From Opitutus sp. GAS368 (GTDB lineage: Bacteria; Verrucomicrobiota; Verrucomicrobiia; Opitutales; Opitutaceae), in assembly GCA_945903465.1 (NCBI GenBank), contig CAMDOF010000012.1, positions 18,411 to 82,410 of the forward strand: 64,000 nucleotides of DNA, given 5' to 3'. The position numbers were made by a program, and so were the translations under genes. The notes under the pieces were generated by a model, which was given only the letters and a program-made list of their open reading frames with translations, had not been told where the DNA came from and did not search any database. Of the stretch, positions 47,736-57,689 are shown one piece after another. Within the stretch, counting starts at the first letter, position 1. Every line of letters begins with the position of its first letter.

Positions 47736-47985
47736 GGCAGATGGGCAGTTGACTGACGCGGCGATCGAGGTCGGAAGAGAAACGGAGGATTTCATAAAGT
47801 GCAAGTGCGCGCGGTGTCGCGATGCCGACCAGCGGGCACGGTGCATGGGAGCGGGTGATGATCAATCGAGCGAGGCAAGTGAAAGGGGGTTTCAAAAGAT
47901 GTCTTTCCAAGTCCGGTCTCGCAGGTTCACGTTGGGATGTGCGCCAAGAACCTGCCCGCACGTGGGTGGGCGGGCGTTTTATTTT

Positions 47986-48651
47986 ATGACTTATCGAATG
48001 GCTGCGCGAGTGCTGGCAGTTTTTTTTTGGTGCTCGTGGGTGAGTGCAGTTGCGGCTGACGGAGGGTGGCGAGAGCTCTTCAATGGTCGCGATTTGGAGG
48101 GGTGGCGGGCCAATGTGTATCCTGATTCTTGGGCGGTGGCCGACGGTGTGGTGCGGGCGCGCGCGACCAAGGAAAGCTCGCACCTTTTTTATGTGGGGGA
48201 TGGCCAGACGGCATTTGTTTCCTTCAAGAACTTCGTGCTCGAAGTGGTGGCGCGAGGGGAACCGGAGGCGAACAGCGGGATTTTCATCCATACGGATTTC
48301 ACGGCAAACGGGGCGGCGCTCCGTTTGCACCGCGGCTACGAAATCCAGCTGAATAGTACCGCGAAAGAAAAGCGCAAGACGGGTAGCCTCTATGCGGTGG
48401 TCGATCTGGAGCGTTCACCGGTCGATGAGACGCAGTGGTTCACGACGACGATCACGGTGCGCGATCAACGCATTATCGTCGCGGTGAATGGGCAGATCAC
48501 GGTTGATTACACGGAGCCGGCTAACGTGGAGCGACCGCCAGATCGGGCGGGGCGGAAGCTGAATCCGCTGGGCGGTGCGATTGCGCTGCAGGCGCACGAT
48601 CCGAAGAGTACGTTTTATTTTAAAAGCATCCGGATTCGGCCGCTACTGTGA
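47986..48651 (+). CDS. DUF1080 (3-keto-disaccharide hydrolase family) secreted protein
   Basis: 221 aa from ATG 47986. It has a signal peptide, then GWRELFNGRDLEGWR...NSGIFIH...YEIQLNS...TGSLY...ALQAHDPKSTFYFKSIRIRPL, the typical family pattern. Confidence 0.85.
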   Translation: MTYRMAARVLAVFFWCSWVSAVAADGGWRELFNGRDLEGWRANVYPDSWAVADGVVRARATKESSHLFYVGDGQTAFVSFKNFVLEVVARGEPEANSGIFIHTDFTANGAALRLHRGYEIQLNSTAKEKRKTGSLYAVVDLERSPVDETQWFTTTITVRDQRIIVAVNGQITVDYTEPANVERPPDRAGRKLNPLGGAIALQAHDPKSTFYFKSIRIRPLL

Positions 48652-49093
48652 TGGGGTGTTGATGGTCTAAATTGGCTTCGTCGGCGATCAGCGGGCGGCC
48701 GTTGGGTCGGGTAATCGGACTTGGTGGGAGAGTGCGGATCTTGGTTGCTTGGCCCCGCGGATGGGCCCGGCAGTCGGCGCGCGGGCACGCGGGCCTTTCA
48801 TTTCGCGGGGCTGGCCCCGGCCATTTTTTTAAGCGCCTGCGCCGTTCCCTGCCGGGCTGGTGTGAGTGATCGGCGAAGTTGCCTTGTCGCAGGTTCGTGC
48901 GCCGCCTGTAGTCACGGCAGCTTGAGGGTATTTTCTGGGCATTTTTTTGGCACGTGGGTCTGGGCTCAAGTTGATCGAGCGGCGGCTGCGGACACATCTT
49001 TGCGTCGAGACTTGGGTGGTAGCGCGATCCGCGGTGCCATGAGGAAACCATCGTTGCAGCTGGGTGGGAAATGCCGTATTGAGGGTCACTGCG

Positions 49094-50017
49094 ATGATTT
49101 CCCGATTCAAGACGACGCTGGTGAGGTTTTTGATTTTAGGTTGGTGGGTCGCGATCGATGGTGCGGCGGCGGAGAGCATAGGTGGCAAGACGCCCGCGCG
49201 TGCGGCGAGGTCGGTGCATCTGCAATGGAGCGGGGTGGAGGGTACCGCCTTTTATATTGAAGTGACGGTGGCGCGATCGACGCGTGGCACCTATGTGGCG
49301 GCGGCGGGGTGGAGCGGCGGTTATTTTGGGCTGCAGGAGTTAGGTGATGGGAAAAAAGTTGCGATTTTTTCAGTGTGGGATCCGACGAAAGGAGATGATC
49401 CGAAGGCGGTGACGCCGGAGCAGCGAGTGGAGTTGTTGTATGAAGGGGAGGGGGTGCGCATCAAGCGCTTCGGGGGAGAAGGCACGGGCGGGCAGTGTAT
49501 GGTGGATTTTCCCTGGGTGGTGGGTGTGCCCGTACGGTTTTTGGTCCGAGCGGAGGCCCACGAAGCGGTGGGCGTGGTCGGTGGGAAGACGGCTTATTCT
49601 GGATGGATTTTTGATGGTCAGCACAAGGCGTGGAGGCAGCTGGTGACATTTCGCACGCGCAACGCCGGCAAATTACTGAGGGGGCTTTATTCGTTTGTGG
49701 AAGATTTTCGGCGCGATACGCGGAGTGCGGATGATGTGCGGCGGGCGCGCCTAGATAATGTGTGGACGAAGCCGGCGGCGGGCGAATGGCAGGCGGTAAC
49801 GGTGGCGAAATTTACGGCCTCGCGGGCCGACTGGGAAGCCCGTGACACGATCAATGCGGGGATATCACCGACCGGTTTTTTTCTTGTGACGGGAGGAGAT
49901 ACGGCGCGGATGGCGGAGTTGGGCGCGATGCTCTCGCGGGACGGTGCCTCGGGCGTGCCGCCTCGGGATTTACCGGCCGCGGTGTTTGGCAGTAGTGCGG
50001 CCGCGGTGCCGAAATGA
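49094..50017 (+). CDS. secreted hypothetical protein (tentatively DUF3472-like)
   Basis: 307 aa from ATG 49094 with a signal peptide. The GYFGLQE...AIFSVWD...GGEGTGGQ pattern recalls DUF3472-type proteins. The family call is tentative. Confidence 0.6.
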   Translation: MISRFKTTLVRFLILGWWVAIDGAAAESIGGKTPARAARSVHLQWSGVEGTAFYIEVTVARSTRGTYVAAAGWSGGYFGLQELGDGKKVAIFSVWDPTKGDDPKAVTPEQRVELLYEGEGVRIKRFGGEGTGGQCMVDFPWVVGVPVRFLVRAEAHEAVGVVGGKTAYSGWIFDGQHKAWRQLVTFRTRNAGKLLRGLYSFVEDFRRDTRSADDVRRARLDNVWTKPAAGEWQAVTVAKFTASRADWEARDTINAGISPTGFFLVTGGDTARMAELGAMLSRDGASGVPPRDLPAAVFGSSAAAVPK

Positions 50018-50221
50018 TCGGGGCAGTTTGTCGGTCGTTGCCGGCCTCCGGTCAATCATCGTGGACGTGAGACGCGGAAAATTCCTGGAAATTTTTGTAT
50101 CCATTTTCCAATGATTGATGCGCGTCGAAGGTGCCCAGGCGATGGCCGGCGGCCGGGCTGGGGGCTTAGAACCGAGGGTGTGGGGGCCGCTTGGTGAGGT
50201 TGCCGGCGAGGTGCACCGGGG

Positions 50222-51490
50222 CTACGCTGGAAGCGCGTATTGGGGAATTTTTAACGAAGCGCCCCCTTGCATGGCGGATTGGTGGGCGACGATTCCGGCG
50301 ACGGTGAGGTTGAGGGCCATCGCGACGTGGATGAGCGGGGTGCGGTTTTGAAGGATGGCGCGGACAAACTCGTCGGTGAGAAAGGCGTGCGAGCCGCCGT
50401 GGTGACCGGAGTAGGCGCCCTTCAAAGTGGGTGGGATCGGTGGGCGTTGGAGGTTCGGCAGTTCCTTTCGCAAGCCCTGGTATTTGCCATAAAATGAGCC
50501 TGATTGGCCGCGGATACGGCCCATTTCTCCGCTGGCTCCGGGAGTGTCCCAGCTCACGGCCATGCGGGCGGCACCGCCCTCGCTCGTCTTAAAGAGGGCG
50601 ATCTCGGTCGCGAAGGGATTTTTATAGGTATTTTGACTGGCGCTAAAATCAGTGATCGCGCTCGGCATACCGAGGCAAGAAACGCTCGTGAAAGTGCCGC
50701 CGGTCACGCAAATGTGGTAGGCGTTGGAGTGGGTCGGGTACCATTGGGGCGGCAAACCGATCCGCCATCCCCGGTACGAGTCGATGGGCGTGGCCACGTA
50801 ATGATAATACTCGCCTTCTGAATAGAGTAATTGGCCGAGACCACCGGCGCGGTAGATTGTGCGCATGGCGTGCAAATCCTCATGAAACGCTGACGTCTCA
50901 AACATCATGTATTTCAGGCCGCTTTTTTTGACCGCCGCCCACAAAAGGTCGGCCTCTTCGAGGGAGCCAAATACGGCCGGAACCGCGACTGCCACGTGTT
51001 TACCGTGGGCCAATGCTTCCAAGCAGTGGCGAGTGTGGTTTGGCGCATCGGTGGCGACGAAGACCGCCTCAATCTTCGGATCCTTGACCATGAGCTCGAG
51101 GGAAGGATACGTTTTGAGACAGCGGCAAGCCTCGGCGAGAGCCGCGCAACGGTCGGGCAGAAGGTCCGTTACGGCGACGACCTCAACGTTGGGGTGATCT
51201 TGAAAGCCGAAGGCTGATCCAAATTTGCAGACACCGTAGCCCGCGATACCGACGCGGAGACGGCGTTCTGAAAACGGTTGCCAGCCCCGCGAAAAATCAG
51301 GGCTCGCCGGAGCGGTCTCGAAGCCTTGGATACTCGGAGCTGGGGCGCCGAGCGCGAGCGGGGTTGTCGTCAGGAAGGATGCGCCCAAGAGGGAGGTGGC
51401 GCCTTGGATAAAATGTCGACGCGTCGAATCGGCGGAAGACGACGGGGAGATCGGGCGTGGGCCAGACGGACGGACGGGGGTTGAAGGCAT
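50222..51490 (-). CDS. Tat-signal Gfo/Idh/MocA-family oxidoreductase
   Basis: 422 aa from ATG 51490. It has a twin-arginine signal (STRRHFIQGATSLLGASFL), a Rossmann start (LRVGIAGYGVCKFG) and HVAVAVP in the position of the family EKP motif. Confidence 0.9.
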   Translation of the reverse strand: MPSTPVRPSGPRPISPSSSADSTRRHFIQGATSLLGASFLTTTPLALGAPAPSIQGFETAPASPDFSRGWQPFSERRLRVGIAGYGVCKFGSAFGFQDHPNVEVVAVTDLLPDRCAALAEACRCLKTYPSLELMVKDPKIEAVFVATDAPNHTRHCLEALAHGKHVAVAVPAVFGSLEEADLLWAAVKKSGLKYMMFETSAFHEDLHAMRTIYRAGGLGQLLYSEGEYYHYVATPIDSYRGWRIGLPPQWYPTHSNAYHICVTGGTFTSVSCLGMPSAITDFSASQNTYKNPFATEIALFKTSEGGAARMAVSWDTPGASGEMGRIRGQSGSFYGKYQGLRKELPNLQRPPIPPTLKGAYSGHHGGSHAFLTDEFVRAILQNRTPLIHVAMALNLTVAGIVAHQSAMQGGASLKIPQYALPA

Positions 51491-51879
51491 GGCAAAATTT
51501 TCAAGAGTGCGTTGAGGTTTGGCAAGGCTGGCGCGTGGTCGCGACGGGGTGGCGATCAAGCGGGGCCGGAGGGGAGCGCCGCGCAGGGTTTGGCAGAAAG
51601 CACGTGCGTGCCCGTGGGCGCGGGTGGCGGCGCCGAGTGTGTCATAGGTCAAGTTGCCGCTTGTGCTTTTTAGGGGAGCGCTTTGGCTGATTGGCAGTTC
51701 TTTAGAAAGCGTCTGACATCAAGAGTGACTTGCCTTGCAAAAGGAAGGTCTGCCAACCGGGCTTGGAGAAGCCGCGGTGGAAAGCAGGGGGCTTCGCTGC
51801 CCCTTGCGATGTGAACTGGGCGAACGCCCCAGTTAACCCAAATCTCCCTTGGTGGCGCGCGCGATGAACGCACCTCTGT

Positions 51880-52134
51880 ATGAAATTGAATATTCTCGCT
51901 GTCCGGACGAATCCGGAAAACCGCAATCATCATCTCTATAACAACAATGGCACGTGGTGGATTCACTTCCACGTGCATGGTCCCGATTTTACGAAGAGCC
52001 GAATTCGGGAATCCCTCGGTACGCACTGCCTGAAGACTGCTCGGGAACTGCGGGATGTGGCGCTGGCGCACATGGCATTGCACGGGGCCGGCGCCGAGCC
52101 GGCGAGGCCGGCGCTGCGACGTCAGGCCGCATGA
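51880..52134 (+). other. orphan 84-codon ORF resembling the N-terminal arm of a tyrosine recombinase (possible integrase remnant)
   Basis: MKLNILAVRTNPENRNHHLYNNNGTWWIHFHVHGPDFTKSRIRESLGTHCLKTARELRD fits the common integrase N-terminal pattern (beta-hairpin W...H, then R..SLGT....A...R). No catalytic domain follows. The segment is lower in GC than its surroundings. This is recognition from memory only. Confidence 0.35.
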
Positions 52135-52179
52135 GCGTAGTCCGCGTGATGAGGGACCCGCGCGCGGGTTGGCGTCCGA

Positions 52180-52236
52180 GTGGCTGGGCGCGCGGGTGGC
52201 TGGGCGCGCGGGTGGCTGGGCGCGCGGGTGGCTGGG
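52180..52236 (+). repeat. 16-bp tandem repeat (GTGGCTGGGCGCGCGG x3.6), intergenic
   Basis: Read directly: three perfect copies plus a 9-nt partial copy. A degenerate copy lies just upstream. Confidence 0.95.
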
Positions 52237-52377
52237 TTGGTCGGCGCCTTCGAGCGGGCCGGGAACGTCCGAGCAACGGGCCGCGCGCCGCGGCTCGGCT
52301 TGGTTCCGCCCGATTCCGCGTAGTTTGGCGTCGAGCTTGCCGCGGGCGGATGCATTCGTAAACGTGATCCCTTTGCC

Positions 52378-53379
52378 ATGCCGCGAGTACCGATTCAAAT
52401 CTTGCAGGACGAATATTATCGCGTGCTGTTGCCGACGGGCTTGCCGCCGGAAAGAGCCGCGCTGGTGGCGCAGCGGTTGGCGGAAAATCAGCGGGACGGG
52501 ATTTATTCTCATGGGCTGCAGCGTTTCCCCGCTTTTTATGCATCGATCGCGGCGAATGGCATCGATGTGAGGGCCACGCCGGAAAAAGTTGGTGGACTGG
52601 GTGCGATTGAGCAATGGGATGGTCGGATGGGGCTCGGGGTCTGGAACGCGCACTTCGGGATGGGCCGGGCAATCGAACTGGCGCGGAGCCACGGGCTTGG
52701 TTGCGTGGCTCTGCGCAACACCAACCATTGGATGCGAGCGGGCTCTTATGCGTTGCAGGCGACGGAGGCGGGCTGTATCGGGATTTGTTGGACAAATACG
52801 ATTCCGCTATTGCCACCCTGGGGATCCGCGGAAGTGAGGATCGGTAATAATCCCTTGGCGATGGCGCTGCCGCCCGCGGAGGCTCCGATGTTGCTGGATA
52901 TGGCGATGAGCCAGTATGCGAACGGCAAACTGGAGGTGTATAGAAACCGGGGGGAAGCACTGCCGATCGCGGGGGGCTATGACGCGGATGGGATGTTAAC
53001 GCGCGACCCGGCGGCGATTTTAGCCGCGCGGCGGGCCGTGCCGATGGGTTATTGGAAGGGCTCGGCGCTGGCCGTGATGCTCGACACGCTCGCGGCCCTG
53101 CTTTCGGGCGGTCTCGCCTCGCACCAGATTGCCGGGCAGGGAACAGAGCGTCGGGTGTCTCAGGTATTTATTGCGATTGACGGGCGGCCACTAGCGGATG
53201 CGGGCGCGTGGTCGGCGACGGTCAAGGCGATCGTGCACGATCTGCAGCAGGCGGCGCCGTTGGTGGAGGGCGATCCGGTGCGCTACCCCGGGGAACGCAT
53301 GCGGCAGACTCGTGAGGAGAGTTTGCGGAGCGGGGTCGTCGTAGACGAGAAGCAGTGGGCGGCGTTGTTGGCGATGTGA
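52378..53379 (+). CDS. Ldh2-family (malate/L-lactate dehydrogenase type 2) oxidoreductase, 3-dehydro-L-gulonate 2-dehydrogenase-like
   Basis: 333 aa with GIYSHGLQRFP, NTNHWMRAGSY and RIGNNPLAMALP, as in the YiaK/DlgD/ComC family. Confidence 0.8.
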   Translation: MPRVPIQILQDEYYRVLLPTGLPPERAALVAQRLAENQRDGIYSHGLQRFPAFYASIAANGIDVRATPEKVGGLGAIEQWDGRMGLGVWNAHFGMGRAIELARSHGLGCVALRNTNHWMRAGSYALQATEAGCIGICWTNTIPLLPPWGSAEVRIGNNPLAMALPPAEAPMLLDMAMSQYANGKLEVYRNRGEALPIAGGYDADGMLTRDPAAILAARRAVPMGYWKGSALAVMLDTLAALLSGGLASHQIAGQGTERRVSQVFIAIDGRPLADAGAWSATVKAIVHDLQQAAPLVEGDPVRYPGERMRQTREESLRSGVVVDEKQWAALLAM

Positions 53380-53532
53380 GCGTGGCGCGGATGGCGGGCA
53401 ACGCGGTCTAAGTTGGGAAAAATCCCGTTAAACATATTCGTTAAACATATTGAGCTTGTGCTCAGCGCGGGCCGCCGAATTTTAGTAAAGTTGTTGTTCG
53501 GTCTTTCCCCTCCTCCCCGCGGTGTCTCGCCT

Positions 53533-55020
53533 ATGCACACTTTAGATTATTTCGTTATCGCCGTTTTTTTTCTCCTCGTGGTGGGGATTGGTTTCCTCGC
53601 GATTCGCAAGATCAAGGGTTCGAGCGATTACTTTGTGGCGGGGGGGAATATTCCGTGGTGGCTTGGTGGCGTTTCGCACCATGTCTCCGGCCACAGCGGA
53701 GTGGTGTTTGTCGCTTTAGCCGGGGTGGCTTACCGATATGGATTTTCCCTCTACGTTTGGTGGGCGGTTTCCATCGTCAGCGCCTGCGTGATCGGGGCAT
53801 TTTGTTTTGCACCGCGCTGGTCGCGTTTGCGCGTCGCCCTCGCGATCGAGTCCCCCACGGAGTATCTCGCGATCCGTTACAACGTGCCCACGCAGCAATT
53901 GATGGCTTGGAGCGGCGTACTGTTAAAACTGCTGGACGTGGGCTCGAAATGGGCATCGATCGGCATCCTTTTGCATGGTTTTACGGGCCTGCCGATTGCC
54001 ACGGGTATCTGGATTTCCGGAGGCGTCTCGCTTCTCTACATCACGATTGGTGGGATGTGGGCTGATCTCTACACGGACTTCCTCCAGTTCATTGTGCAGT
54101 TGCTGGCCTGCGTGGTTTTGTTTGTCGCGGTCGTAAATCACCTTGGGGGCATCAGCAGCATCTGGACGGTTTGGGACCGTTTGCCAGCGGGGCACGCCGG
54201 CCTCTTCAACGGTCCTTACACGCCGGTCTTTCTCGCGGGCTACATCGGCGCGGCGATGTTGAGCTATAATGGCGGCACTTGGAATCTCGCGGCTCGCTAT
54301 ATCGGCGCTCCGTCGGGTGCCAGCGCGCGTAACGCCGCTCTGCTTTCGGGCGCGCTTTATTTAATTTGGCCGTTTTTTCTCTTCTTTCCCATGTGGGCGG
54401 CGCCCGTGATCCTGCCTGATCTTCCCGATCCTACGCAGTCTTACGTGATCCTCACGCAGAAATTCCTGCCAGTGGGCTTGGTGGGATTGGTGCTGGCGTC
54501 GATGTTCGCCGCGACGATGTCCATGACCACGTCGGATACGAACACGATCTCGTCGGTAATCACCCGCGATATTCTGCCCGTTTTGTCATCGCGCTTCCGG
54601 GGACTTGATCAGCGGAAATCACTGCGTTTGGCCCGCATCTGCACCCTCCTGTTTACCCTGCTTACGCTCATCGTCGGGCTGGAAGCGGAGCGTTTTGGCG
54701 GCGTCCTCGGTCTCGTCATTTCCTGGTTTGCCGCGCTGATTGGTCCGGTCTCAGTTCCGATGCTGTTGGGTCTGCTCCCCCAGTTCCGTCATGCCTCTTC
54801 CTCCGCGGCGATCGCGTCGATCCTCGCTGGCTTCGGGGCTTTTGCGCTCACCGTTTACGGCCTCGATGTATCGCCGGGCGTGCGGCTAATCGCGCCCATC
54901 GCAAGTTCCCTCGGGGTGTTTGGCGCGATGGCGTGGTGGTATCGCGCGCGAGTGGTGCCGGCCGCGGTGACGGACTTGATGCGCCGACTGGCCGGACCGG
55001 ACGGCAAACGCGCCGGATGA
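53533..55020 (+). CDS. sodium:solute symporter family transporter
   Basis: 495 aa from ATG 53533 with about 13 hydrophobic helices and an SDYFVAGGNIPWWLGGVS start typical of the SSS family. Confidence 0.9.
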   Translation: MHTLDYFVIAVFFLLVVGIGFLAIRKIKGSSDYFVAGGNIPWWLGGVSHHVSGHSGVVFVALAGVAYRYGFSLYVWWAVSIVSACVIGAFCFAPRWSRLRVALAIESPTEYLAIRYNVPTQQLMAWSGVLLKLLDVGSKWASIGILLHGFTGLPIATGIWISGGVSLLYITIGGMWADLYTDFLQFIVQLLACVVLFVAVVNHLGGISSIWTVWDRLPAGHAGLFNGPYTPVFLAGYIGAAMLSYNGGTWNLAARYIGAPSGASARNAALLSGALYLIWPFFLFFPMWAAPVILPDLPDPTQSYVILTQKFLPVGLVGLVLASMFAATMSMTTSDTNTISSVITRDILPVLSSRFRGLDQRKSLRLARICTLLFTLLTLIVGLEAERFGGVLGLVISWFAALIGPVSVPMLLGLLPQFRHASSSAAIASILAGFGAFALTVYGLDVSPGVRLIAPIASSLGVFGAMAWWYRARVVPAAVTDLMRRLAGPDGKRAG

Positions 55021-55027
55021 TTTTGGG

Positions 55028-56353
55028 ATGAACTTCGCGACCTCGGAACTGCGCAGGTGTGCGGGAAAATTTCCCGCCGAGCCCCCCGGTTGGGCTGATC
55101 TGGTGGCGAGGTATCAGCCGCTGACTTACGCCGCGCTCGGCGATTCGATTTTGCCTTTCTGGTGGCGGACGATCGACTCGGTGCAGGGTGGTGTTTTCAA
55201 CTGTTGGAACAACGCCGGCACCCAGCTTGTGAGTGACGATAAGTTCACGTGGTCGCAGGGGCGCTTTGCCTGGTTATGGTCGCGGTTGGCGGAGTTGGCG
55301 GGCCGGGGATTTTTAGCGGGGGATTCGCGGCGCTACCTTGAGCAGGCGGCCAAGACCGTGGCTTTTCTGGAAAAGCACGCTTGGCTTGAAGATGGGCGCT
55401 GCGCCTTTTTGTTGACGGCCACGGGTGAGGTGAAAGAGCTGAACCCCTCGGCGGGAAAAGCGCCGAGCATTTACGCGGATTGCTTTGTGGTGATGGGTTA
55501 CGCGGAGTTTGCGCGGGTGAGTGGCGACTGGACCATTTTGGCGGCGGCGTGGCGGTGGTACGAGCACATCGAAAGGCGGATAGCGGCGGGCAATTTCCCG
55601 ACGCATCCTGATCCGATTCCGGAGGGGCATCAGTCCTATGCGATTGCGATGATCCATCTTAATGTGACCATTGTGTTGCAGGCGGCGGGCGTCGCTTTGG
55701 GGGATGCGCGAGCGGGCGAAATGGGAGCCCGCACGGAGGCGTTAGCCGCGCATATTTTTGACCAATTTATTTTGCAGGGAGGGCGGGTGGCGGAGCTGGT
55801 TCCGGCCGATGGTCGGGGAGCGGAGACGGTCTTGGGGCGCCACCTCAATCCCGGGCATGCGCTCGAAGGATTATGGATGCTCATGACGGTGGCGGTGTCG
55901 GCCGAGCGGTGGGACTGGGTGGCGCGTGCGGCGGAGGCGATACGGTTTTCTTTCCGGCGCGGTTGGGATGAGACCTATGGCGGGCTCTGGCACTACGTGG
56001 ATACCGATGGGGGGCCGCCACGGGGTGCGGAGGGAAATTCGGTTTATGAAAAGGCGGTGCGGGCAACGTGGGATACCAAGTTGTGGTGGGTTCATTCAGA
56101 GGCGCTCTATGCGTCGCTCTTGGCGTATCGATTGACCGGAGACGAGGAGTTGCGCGGGTGGTTTGAACGGACCTGGGCTTACACGCTTCAAGTGTTTCCT
56201 CAGGCGGATCCGGCGGTGGGCGAGTGGGTGCAGATTCGCGACCGTCGCGGTCAACCGCTCGATCGGGTGGTCGCTTTACCTGTTAAAGACCCCTATCATA
56301 TCGCTCGCAATTTAGTTCAGGTGTTGGAACTTTTTTCGGAGAACTCTGCATGA
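55028..56353 (+). CDS. N-acylglucosamine 2-epimerase (AGE) superfamily isomerase/epimerase
   Basis: 441 aa with (alpha/alpha)6-barrel signatures: WSQGRFAWLWSRL, NPGHALEGLWML, KLWWVHSEALYA and PYHIARNL. Confidence 0.8.
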   Translation: MNFATSELRRCAGKFPAEPPGWADLVARYQPLTYAALGDSILPFWWRTIDSVQGGVFNCWNNAGTQLVSDDKFTWSQGRFAWLWSRLAELAGRGFLAGDSRRYLEQAAKTVAFLEKHAWLEDGRCAFLLTATGEVKELNPSAGKAPSIYADCFVVMGYAEFARVSGDWTILAAAWRWYEHIERRIAAGNFPTHPDPIPEGHQSYAIAMIHLNVTIVLQAAGVALGDARAGEMGARTEALAAHIFDQFILQGGRVAELVPADGRGAETVLGRHLNPGHALEGLWMLMTVAVSAERWDWVARAAEAIRFSFRRGWDETYGGLWHYVDTDGGPPRGAEGNSVYEKAVRATWDTKLWWVHSEALYASLLAYRLTGDEELRGWFERTWAYTLQVFPQADPAVGEWVQIRDRRGQPLDRVVALPVKDPYHIARNLVQVLELFSENSA

Positions 56354-57642
56354 ATATCGTGATGAGCACAGACGCCAGCGCCTTGAATTCTGAGGGAGGT
56401 CCGGTTGTCCCGGTACGACCGGTGCCGTCGCCGTGTTTAGGTTGGTCTCTGATTGGTGATGAGGAGGAAAGGCTCGTGCTGCAGGTGCTGCGGAGCAAGG
56501 CGCTTTTCCGCTATTATGGACCCGATCCGAAAAGCCCGCCGCCGATGGTGGCACGGTTGGAGCGAGAATTTGCGGCGATGGTCGGCACGCGGTTTGCATT
56601 GGGTGTGACGAGTGGCACGGCGGCGCTGGAGGTCGCGCTGGGGGCGCTTGCGGTGGGCCCCGGCGATGAGGTGATCGTTCCGGCTTGGAGCTGGGTCTCG
56701 TGTTTTACCGCAATTGTTCGCGTGGGCGCCAAGCCGGTGCTAGCGGAGATCGATGACACCCTGTGCTTGGCGGCGGGAGAGATCACGCGGCTCCGGACGC
56801 CGCGGACCAAGGCGGTTATCGTCGTGCATTTTCAAGGGGTCGCCGCGGATCTCGATCCGCTGATGCAGGAGGCGAGGGCGGCGGGAATCGCGGTCCTTGA
56901 GGACTGTGCGGAAAGTCCGGGGGCGTCTTATCGGGGACGACGGATTGGTGCCTACGGCGATATGGCGATTTTCAGTTTTCAGCAGCAGAAGATGATGACG
57001 AGCGGGGAGGGTGGCCTTGTGGTCACGAATGATCCGCGGCTCTTTGAGCGGGCGGTCCGAATGCACGACGTCGGTCAGTATCGCGATTTTCACACGTCGC
57101 AAACGGAAGCGCACGAGCCGGCATTTTGTGGCAGCCAGTTTCGGATGGCGGAGCTCACTGGCGCAGTCGCCTTGGCGCAGTTCCGGCGGGTGGATCAAAT
57201 CCGTGCGCACTGCCGCCGGCTGAGTGCGCGCCTGCTCTCTCAGGTGGCAACCTTGCCGGGTCTTAAGTTTCGGCGGATTCCCGATCCGGCGGGGGATTCC
57301 GGTTTCGAGACGTATTTCTGGGTGGCGACGCCGGCGCTGCGGGAAGCCTTTCGCGCGCGATTGGAAGCAGCGAAGATTCCGTGTCAGCAGATGACCGGAA
57401 CGTACGCCCAGTACCGCCGACCTTATGTTGCCACGGGTCGAGCGCACGCGCCTGGAGCGACGCCTTTTCGGCTCGGCGCGAGTTGGCCGGAGCCGGCGTA
57501 CCAAGTGGAGAGCTTCCCGCGGACGGAAGATTTAATTCATCGTTTTGTGGTGATTCCGGTGGGGATGGATCACCGCGATGAAGACATCGATTATATTGCG
57601 GCGGTGATCCGGTGGGCTCACGCCGACCTGCGCCTAGGCTAG
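56350..57642 (+). CDS. DegT/DnrJ/EryC1/StrS-family PLP-dependent aminotransferase
   Basis: 430 aa. Its ATG overlaps the upstream stop (ATGA). It has GVTSGTAALEVAL, DEVIVPAWSW and FSFQQQKMMTSGEGG (PLP lysine). Confidence 0.9.
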   Translation: MNIVMSTDASALNSEGGPVVPVRPVPSPCLGWSLIGDEEERLVLQVLRSKALFRYYGPDPKSPPPMVARLEREFAAMVGTRFALGVTSGTAALEVALGALAVGPGDEVIVPAWSWVSCFTAIVRVGAKPVLAEIDDTLCLAAGEITRLRTPRTKAVIVVHFQGVAADLDPLMQEARAAGIAVLEDCAESPGASYRGRRIGAYGDMAIFSFQQQKMMTSGEGGLVVTNDPRLFERAVRMHDVGQYRDFHTSQTEAHEPAFCGSQFRMAELTGAVALAQFRRVDQIRAHCRRLSARLLSQVATLPGLKFRRIPDPAGDSGFETYFWVATPALREAFRARLEAAKIPCQQMTGTYAQYRRPYVATGRAHAPGATPFRLGASWPEPAYQVESFPRTEDLIHRFVVIPVGMDHRDEDIDYIAAVIRWAHADLRLG

Positions 57643-57689
57643 CCCGGGGCGGAGATTTTTTCTAACCTGGGCAGCTCTGGCCAGGTGAT

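Noticed and set aside
48948-48963. TGGCAC-GTGGG-TCTGG might be a second sigma54 promoter, upstream of the DUF3472-like gene.
   Set aside because: The -12 element lacks the invariant GC (TTGC). Only the -24 half matches.
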